Below are positions 58,252 to 64,000 of a stretch of 64,000 bases of DNA, piece by piece. The notes beneath the pieces are model-generated. The model saw nothing but the letters and a program-made list of their open reading frames with translations. It did no database searches and had not been told where the DNA came from. The stretch is from Bacteroidota bacterium (GTDB lineage Bacteria; Bacteroidota; Bacteroidia; Bacteroidales; CG2-30-32-10): assembly GCA_013377115.1 (NCBI GenBank), contig JACAAW010000001.1, forward strand, positions 17,063-81,062, given 5' to 3'. The first letter of the stretch is position 1. Each line of letters opens with the position of its first letter. The translations under genes were made by a program, and so were the position numbers.

Positions 58252-60576
58252 ATGAGAAAAATTTGGTTATTTATTGGTATATTATTGTTCTTGTTTAAAT
58301 TAGAATCCCTCGCACAAGGCAAACATACCATTAGCGGATACATTAAAGATGCAAAAACTGGCGAAGGGCTTATCGGTGCATCAGTCATTGTTAAGGAAAT
58401 TCCTGGAACTGGTGTTTCAACAAACGCCTATGGCTTTTACTCCCTAACTTTACTTGATGGCAAATACACTTTAACAACTCAGTTCGTTGGATACGAGCCT
58501 TCGAGCATCATAATAAATTTGGATAAAAATTTAAAATCTGATTTTATTATTAAAGAGCGAACCGTTAATCTCAAAGAAGTTTCAATTACTGGAGAAAAAC
58601 GTGAAGAAAACATTGTTAAAACTCAAATGGGAGTTGAAAAAATTAACATCAAAGCCGTTAATAACATTCCGGTTTTGTTGGGAGAAAAAGATCTTCTAAA
58701 AACATTGCAATTGATACCAGGCGTTAAATCAGCTGGAGAAGGCAATAGTGGCTTTTATGTTCGTGGTGGTGGCGCAGATCAGAATTTGATTTTATTGGAC
58801 GAAGCCACCGTTTACAATGCCTCCCATTTAATGGGATTTTTCTCAGTTTTTAATTCGGATGCCATCAAAGATTTAACAGTTTATAAAGGTGGACAACCGG
58901 CAGAATATGGTGGCAGATTATCATCCGTTATAGATATAAAAATGAATGATGGGAACAATAAAAAGTTTGGTGCCAGTGGCGGAATAGGTTTAATTTCATC
59001 AAGATTAAATATTGAAGGTCCGATTGTAAAAGATAAAGGTTCTTTTTCTCTTTCAGGTCGTAGAACTTATGCCGATTTATTTTTGAAACTTTCGTCAGAC
59101 ACTAATTTAACTGATGCAAAACTTTATTTCTACGACTTAAATTTAAAGGGAAACTATACCATTAATGACAAAAATCGAATTTTCTTATCAGGTTATTTTG
59201 GAAAAGACATATTAGGATTTGGGAAAATGTTTGGTATTGATTGGGGTAATGCAACAGGAACTTTAAGATGGAATCATTTGGTAAATGATAAATTGTTTTC
59301 GAACACCTCGTTAATTTTTAGCAATTACGATTATAAAATCAAACTCGATTTTAATGGAAACGAAATGAATATCATTTCTAGAATTCAAGATTATAACCTG
59401 AAGCAAGATTTTCAATATTTTGCAAATTCGAATAGTAAATTAAAAGTTGGATTTAACTCTATTTACCATAAAATTATTCCTGGCGCAATTACCAACAGTG
59501 ATAAGTCGATTCAAGATCTGCATCTTCCAAATAAATATGGTTGGGAAAACGCAATTTATGGTTCTCACGAATTAAAACTTTCTGCTTTGTTCAGTGTTGA
59601 ATATGGAATTCGCCTTGCCTCCTATAGCGCCATCGGACCAGGAAATTTTTATTCCTACAATTCAGATGGTTCGATTTTAGACACTATTGTTTCTAAGAAT
59701 GGCGAATTTGTAAAAACCTATTTCAATGCTGAGCCACGTTTGGCAGTAAATTATATCATCAATGAAAAAAGTTCTATAAAAGCATCTTATGGAAGGAATA
59801 CTCAAAATCTTCATTTGCTTTCAAATTCAACCTCAGGAAGTCCAACAGATTTGTGGATTGGAAGCAGTAATAATGTGAAACCAGAACTTTGCGATCAGGT
59901 TTCTCTCGGGTATTTCAGGAATTTCTTCAATAACAATTATGAGTTTTCTACTGAGCTTTATTATAAAAGCCTTCAAAACCAAATTGATTATAAAAATGGT
60001 GCAGAGCTAAATTTTAATGAAATGGTAGAGTCTCAATTGTATTATGGCGTTGGAAGAGCTTACGGAATTGAATTGTTTTTCAAGAAAAAATATGGCCGTT
60101 TTAATGGTTGGATTGGTTACACACTTTCTCGTTCCGAACGCAAATTCAAAGAAATTAATAACGGAAAGTATTTTGCAGCAAAACAAGACAGAACTCACGA
60201 CATTTCAATAGTTGGAATGTTTGATCTTACAAAAAAATGGAATATTTCTGCAACTTGGGTTTATTATACTGGAAACGCTGTGACTTTTCCAAGTGGGAAA
60301 TATGAAGTTGCCGGTCAAGTTTTTAATTATTACACAGAAAGAAATGGTTACAGAATGCCAGCATATCATCGTTTAGATATTGGAGCAACATGGATCACCA
60401 AGAAAACCGAAAAATTTGAATCCAGTTTAAATATTTCGGTTTACAATGTTTATGCTCGCGAAAACGCATATTCGATAAGTTTCCAGGAGGACCCCAACGA
60501 CCCAACAAAAACACAAGCGGTTCAAACAACCTTATTCAAACTTATTCCTTCAATTACTTACAATTTTAAATTTTAA
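58252..60576 (+). CDS. TonB-dependent outer-membrane receptor with carboxypeptidase-regulatory-like N-domain
   Basis: The track ORF starts at a TTG (58192), whereas the signal peptide MRKIWLFIGILLFLFKLESLAQG starts at the ATG at 58252. CarbopepD_reg-like GYIKDAKTGEGLIGASV, a plug domain, and a C-terminal beta-barrel ending in ..YNFKF. Confidence 0.85.
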   Translation: MRKIWLFIGILLFLFKLESLAQGKHTISGYIKDAKTGEGLIGASVIVKEIPGTGVSTNAYGFYSLTLLDGKYTLTTQFVGYEPSSIIINLDKNLKSDFIIKERTVNLKEVSITGEKREENIVKTQMGVEKINIKAVNNIPVLLGEKDLLKTLQLIPGVKSAGEGNSGFYVRGGGADQNLILLDEATVYNASHLMGFFSVFNSDAIKDLTVYKGGQPAEYGGRLSSVIDIKMNDGNNKKFGASGGIGLISSRLNIEGPIVKDKGSFSLSGRRTYADLFLKLSSDTNLTDAKLYFYDLNLKGNYTINDKNRIFLSGYFGKDILGFGKMFGIDWGNATGTLRWNHLVNDKLFSNTSLIFSNYDYKIKLDFNGNEMNIISRIQDYNLKQDFQYFANSNSKLKVGFNSIYHKIIPGAITNSDKSIQDLHLPNKYGWENAIYGSHELKLSALFSVEYGIRLASYSAIGPGNFYSYNSDGSILDTIVSKNGEFVKTYFNAEPRLAVNYIINEKSSIKASYGRNTQNLHLLSNSTSGSPTDLWIGSSNNVKPELCDQVSLGYFRNFFNNNYEFSTELYYKSLQNQIDYKNGAELNFNEMVESQLYYGVGRAYGIELFFKKKYGRFNGWIGYTLSRSERKFKEINNGKYFAAKQDRTHDISIVGMFDLTKKWNISATWVYYTGNAVTFPSGKYEVAGQVFNYYTERNGYRMPAYHRLDIGATWITKKTEKFESSLNISVYNVYARENAYSISFQEDPNDPTKTQAVQTTLFKLIPSITYNFKF

Positions 60577-60579
60577 GAA

Positions 60580-61392
60580 ATGAAAATATTAGAAATTTTA
60601 TATAGAAATCCACTTAATTTTATTGGCATTGTTTTCCTTTCAACCATGGCACTTTTCTCTTGCCAAAAGGTAGTGGATATTAATTTAAATTCCGTTCCAA
60701 AACAAAATGTTATTGAAGCAGAAATTACAAATCAGCCTGGCCCATTTTCGTTCAAAATAACCAAGACAGTGAATTACGACGAAGAGAATAATTTTCCAGC
60801 AATTTCAGGTGCTGTGGTTAAGGTTTCTGACAATTCAGGAAACTCAGAAACGCTTACTGAAACTGCTCCAGGAATTTATACAGCAAATGTAATGCAAGGT
60901 GTTCCTGGAAGAACTTATTATCTTGATATTTTTGCAGAAGGAAAAGAATATCACGCAGAATCAACAATGCCACAAGCAGTAAATTTTGATACTCTGGTAA
61001 ATATCAAAGAAATATCTTTTGGTGATACATTTAGATACGTAAACGCAATTTTCCTTGACCCAGTTGGTGTAGATAATTATTATCGCTTCGTCACTTTCCA
61101 TAACGACACATTGCTTAAAACAATTATTATTGCAAATGATCAATTTATGGATGGAAGTTATATTCCAGTTGGTATTTATGATTATAAAATCAATTTTGAA
61201 ATTGGTGACACTTTAAAAGTTGTTATGCAATGCATTGATAAAAATGTTTTTGAATATTTTAAAACACTAAGCACATTGGGTGGTTATAGCGAAACTGCTT
61301 CACCTGCAAATCCTACAACAAATATCAATAATGGCGCACTTGGCTATTTTAACGCCACTTCAACTCAAACAAAAACAGTTGTAATTCAATAA
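60580..61392 (+). CDS. DUF4249-type lipoprotein partner of the TonB receptor
   Basis: 270 aa. Signal/lipobox-like LFSCQ and a C-terminal ..GALGYF.A.S motif typical of DUF4249. Starts 4 nt after the receptor gene. Confidence 0.6.
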   Translation: MKILEILYRNPLNFIGIVFLSTMALFSCQKVVDINLNSVPKQNVIEAEITNQPGPFSFKITKTVNYDEENNFPAISGAVVKVSDNSGNSETLTETAPGIYTANVMQGVPGRTYYLDIFAEGKEYHAESTMPQAVNFDTLVNIKEISFGDTFRYVNAIFLDPVGVDNYYRFVTFHNDTLLKTIIIANDQFMDGSYIPVGIYDYKINFEIGDTLKVVMQCIDKNVFEYFKTLSTLGGYSETASPANPTTNINNGALGYFNATSTQTKTVVIQ

Positions 61393-61450
61393 TTAGGTAA
61401 TTTGCAAGACCAGAAAACGCTTAAACTTCTAATCTTTTCAATAATAATGT

Positions 61451-62410
61451 ATGATTAAAAAACTTATGGTTGTAATTATACTCCTTTTAATTAGCATTGC
61501 AAATTCAGAAGCTTGTACAATCTTCTCTGGGATAGACAAAAATGGTAATGTTTGGACTGGAAATAACGAGGACGGAATTTTTAGTTTAAATACATGCATT
61601 AATGTTATAGCACCTACCAATAAGACTTTTGGGTATTTTTATTTTACTAATTCTAAAAATCCAAATGAATTTCCACAAGGAGGCTTAAATGATGCTGGTC
61701 TTTTTTTTGATGGCAATTCTGTTCCGATTTCTGTTTATAAAGATTTTGATAAAAAGAAAGATTTCCCAAATGGAATTAATGAAATGATGTTTTTCATTTT
61801 AAAAAATTGTCAAACCGTGCAAGAAGTGTTTAATGTTTTTAAAACATACAGGTTAAAAGGACTTGAAGGAAGTCAATTGCATTTTGCTGATAAGTACGGG
61901 ACTTTTGGAATTATTGTAGCTGACAGCATGTGGATTACGAAAGCAAATTATCAAATTTCTACAAATTACAATTTGTGTCATCCAAATAAAGATAATATTC
62001 ATTGCTTGCGTTTCCCAATAGCTGAAAGGATATTAAAATCAAAGGAAATTGGGTTAGAAACATTTAGAAATATATGTGATTCCACAAGTCAAGAAAAATG
62101 GACAAATTACTCTAATATTCAAAATCTCAATACAGGAGATATTTGGTTTTACTATGCAATGAATTATAGTAGACCATATAAAACAAATATAAAGGAATTA
62201 CTTGAAAAAGGGAATAGGACGTTTTACATGTATGAGTTATTTAAAGACGACCCTCTAGTGAAACAAATTCTTCAATCAAAGGAAACAGAAAATCAATTAT
62301 TTCTTTTTATTTTGGCCTCACTCTTTATTGTTTTACTTTTGACAATATACATTTTGTTAAATAAAAGACGAGAACGAAAACTCAGAAAAGTAATAATAAA
62401 ACAGAAGTGA
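61451..62410 (+). CDS. secreted Ntn (N-terminal Cys nucleophile) hydrolase-like protein with C-terminal membrane anchor
   Basis: 319 aa. A signal peptide ends ..ANSEA|CTIFSG, which would expose an N-terminal Cys as in choloylglycine/linear-amide C-N hydrolases. C-terminal TM helix plus a basic tail (NKRRERKLRK). Confidence 0.5.
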   Translation: MIKKLMVVIILLLISIANSEACTIFSGIDKNGNVWTGNNEDGIFSLNTCINVIAPTNKTFGYFYFTNSKNPNEFPQGGLNDAGLFFDGNSVPISVYKDFDKKKDFPNGINEMMFFILKNCQTVQEVFNVFKTYRLKGLEGSQLHFADKYGTFGIIVADSMWITKANYQISTNYNLCHPNKDNIHCLRFPIAERILKSKEIGLETFRNICDSTSQEKWTNYSNIQNLNTGDIWFYYAMNYSRPYKTNIKELLEKGNRTFYMYELFKDDPLVKQILQSKETENQLFLFILASLFIVLLLTIYILLNKRRERKLRKVIIKQK

Positions 62411-62557
62411 TTCGTGGAAACCATAGTAAGTAAAATCACCAAAGAAAAGTTGCAGCCTCCAAACTAGTAATATTTGTTTTTCAAACTAAAATTTTTTCAA
62501 ATTTATTGATTTTGCAAAATATATGTCGTATGTTTGCAACATAATTCAAAAATACAA

Positions 62558-62884
62558 ATGACGTACAAAAAAACTCAAGATTTCGACAAAGATTTTCAAG
62601 AAATTGCCACTTACGCAAGGATTCTTTCGCATCCTGCCAGAATTGCTATTTTGAGTTATTTGGCTAAAACTAATAGTTGCATTTCAGGAGATATCACTAA
62701 CGAAATTCCATTAAGCAGAACTACAGTTTCGCAGCATTTGCAAGAACTTAAAAAAGCAGAATTGATTACTGGAGAAATTGATGGAGTTAAAATTTGCTAT
62801 TGTATCAATAGTCAAACCATGAAAAAATGTACCGATTTATTCGGCAAATTATTCAAGAACATTACTAAAACTAAATGTTGTTAA
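62558..62884 (+). CDS. ArsR/SmtB-family metalloregulator
   Basis: About 108 aa from the ATG at 62558 (the track ORF starts at an upstream TTG). HTH region ILSHPARIAILSYL..CISGDIT..IPLSRTTVSQHLQELKKA and a C-terminal CC. Confidence 0.85.
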   Translation: MTYKKTQDFDKDFQEIATYARILSHPARIAILSYLAKTNSCISGDITNEIPLSRTTVSQHLQELKKAELITGEIDGVKICYCINSQTMKKCTDLFGKLFKNITKTKCC

Positions 62885-62895
62885 AAAAATAAATT

Positions 62896-63267
62896 ATGGA
62901 AACTAAAGACGAAAAAGATAATTGTTGTTCACCAAAAGATGAAAACAAAAAAGATTGTGGTTGCGATTCGAATGAAAACTCAAAAGATACTTGCTGTTCA
63001 ACAAAAGACGAAAAAAAATCAGACTGTGGCTGCAGCGATTCATCTTGTTGCGAGCCAAAACAAAAAAACAAATTCGTAAAATTTATCTTTATTTTAGTAA
63101 TTGGCGCTGCCATTGGAATTATTGGATTTAAACTTTACAGCAATTCAACAATGAAAAAGGAAGCCACAACAAAAAATTGCGCCGTAACGGACTCAACCAA
63201 ACAAACAAAAGCTGGGGAAAAACCAAGTTGTTGTCCAGGATCAAAGACTAATTGTGAAAAAAAATAA
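62896..63267 (+). CDS. Cys-rich, single-pass membrane protein (putative metal/thiol-binding)
   Basis: 123 aa. N-terminal tandem ~22-aa repeat (KDNCCSPKDENKKDCGCDS / KDTCCSTKDEKKSDCGCSDS, then SCCEP), one TM helix, and a C-terminal tail with CC and C motifs. Confidence 0.6.
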   Translation: METKDEKDNCCSPKDENKKDCGCDSNENSKDTCCSTKDEKKSDCGCSDSSCCEPKQKNKFVKFIFILVIGAAIGIIGFKLYSNSTMKKEATTKNCAVTDSTKQTKAGEKPSCCPGSKTNCEKK

Positions 63268-63270
63268 ATT

Positions 63271-63969
63271 ATGCAAGAATGGATCAATCAGGTTATTAAT
63301 TCTGAAAGTATTTCATTTAGTGTTTTAATTGCTGGCTTTTTACTGGGAGCTCTGGCAACAATAACTTCGTGTTGTAATTTTGCTGTAATTGGTGCCGTTG
63401 TTGGCTATTCTGGGAGCATCAGTGTTTCACAAAAGAAAAAAAGCGTCACTACGAGTGGATTAGCATTTCTTCTTGGAACGGTTGTTTCTCTGGGAATTAT
63501 TGGTGGATTAACTGGTTATATCAGCAATTTTATTGGCGATACCATTGGGGATTACTGGAAGATTTTTGCAGGAGTAATCTCTATTTTCTTCGGTTTAGCA
63601 ACCATGAATGCATTACCATTTAATCTGCCATCCGTTACTTTTTTAAAAGCAAAAGGAAGTGGATTTTTTTCAGCATTGCTTTTTGGCTTAATGATTGGTG
63701 GTCTTTCAACAGTTTGTAACACAGCTTGTAATCCAATTTTTCCGATTGTATTGGGCGCTGCTTTTATTAAAGCAAATTATGCATGGGGAATGGCAATACT
63801 ATTCTCATTCGCTTTAGGATATGGACTTCCACTTGCTGCAGGTATGATTGGGATTGGTTTAGGTCTGGGAAAACTCTCAAAAACGTTTAACACTTTCAGT
63901 ACAGCAATAAAGTATATTGCCGGAATTATTTTAATTGCAATCGGATTTTATTTTCTAATCACATTATAG
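63271..63969 (+). CDS. CcdA/DsbD-family thiol:disulfide transfer membrane protein
   Basis: 232 aa, about 6 TM helices. Cys pairs within TM1 (TSCCNF) and TM4 (VCNTACNP), as in the cytochrome c biogenesis CcdA/DsbD transmembrane domain. Confidence 0.65.
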   Translation: MQEWINQVINSESISFSVLIAGFLLGALATITSCCNFAVIGAVVGYSGSISVSQKKKSVTTSGLAFLLGTVVSLGIIGGLTGYISNFIGDTIGDYWKIFAGVISIFFGLATMNALPFNLPSVTFLKAKGSGFFSALLFGLMIGGLSTVCNTACNPIFPIVLGAAFIKANYAWGMAILFSFALGYGLPLAAGMIGIGLGLGKLSKTFNTFSTAIKYIAGIILIAIGFYFLITL

Positions 63970-64000
63970 AAAATTTTAAAAATGGAAACGATTTCAGCTA

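Noticed and set aside
62871-63113. 80-aa minus-strand ORF
   Set aside because: It is antisense to the Cys-rich protein gene. Its repetitive QQ/SF pattern is simply the complement of the Lys/Asp/Cys repeat. The plus-strand reading has operon context (ArsR upstream, CcdA-like downstream with 3-nt spacing).
63982-64000. ATG-initiated ORF running off the window end
   Set aside because: Only 6 codons are visible, so no call can be supported.

Overview
This is an AT-rich bacterial chromosome segment (by eye about one-third G+C, not computed). It has Bacteroidota hallmarks: a TonB-dependent receptor with a carboxypeptidase-regulatory N-domain followed by a DUF4249-type partner, TTTG-N20-TAnnTTTG promoters, a short AtpC, and few Shine-Dalgarno sites.

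Bases 1-22 kb are ordinary housekeeping genes: queG, ribF, atpDC, fba, a two-component system, tgt, an ECF sigma factor, a tryptophanase plus ADP-forming acyl-CoA synthetase pair, polyprenyl synthase, rfbA, a UXS-like epimerase and an MMPL exporter.

Bases 22-58 kb hold a dense block of about 36 kb of CoA-ester genes. Together they reconstruct an anaerobic benzoyl-CoA pathway:
- a four-subunit ATP-dependent class I benzoyl-CoA reductase in bcrCBAD order
- Dch-, Had- and Oah/BamA-like ring-processing enzymes
- a 4-hydroxybenzoyl-CoA-reductase-like molybdoenzyme with fused gamma-alpha subunits and a Cys-loop FAD subunit
- glutaryl-CoA dehydrogenase, an acyl-CoA dehydrogenase with EtfAB, and several thiolase / hydratase / 3-hydroxyacyl-CoA dehydrogenase sets
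- an ADP-forming acyl-CoA synthetase at the head of the ring-processing operon
- an extra single-subunit BCR/2-hydroxyacyl-CoA-dehydratase-family protein with its own ATPase, of unknown substrate

The block carries small selfish or regulatory DNA. A ~180-bp promoter region is duplicated in front of both main operons. A four-helix-bundle (23S-IVS-type) gene flanked by inverted repeats is inserted inside an operon. A RAYT/IS200-like transposase sits among REP-like palindromes. A Bro-N/DinD-like gene is also inserted.

Bases 58-64 kb encode the TonB receptor set, a secreted Ntn-hydrolase-like protein and an ArsR / Cys-rich membrane protein / CcdA-like module. I recognised no rRNA, tRNA or CRISPR array.

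All calls rest on reading the ORF translations and the DNA by eye. No database search was run.
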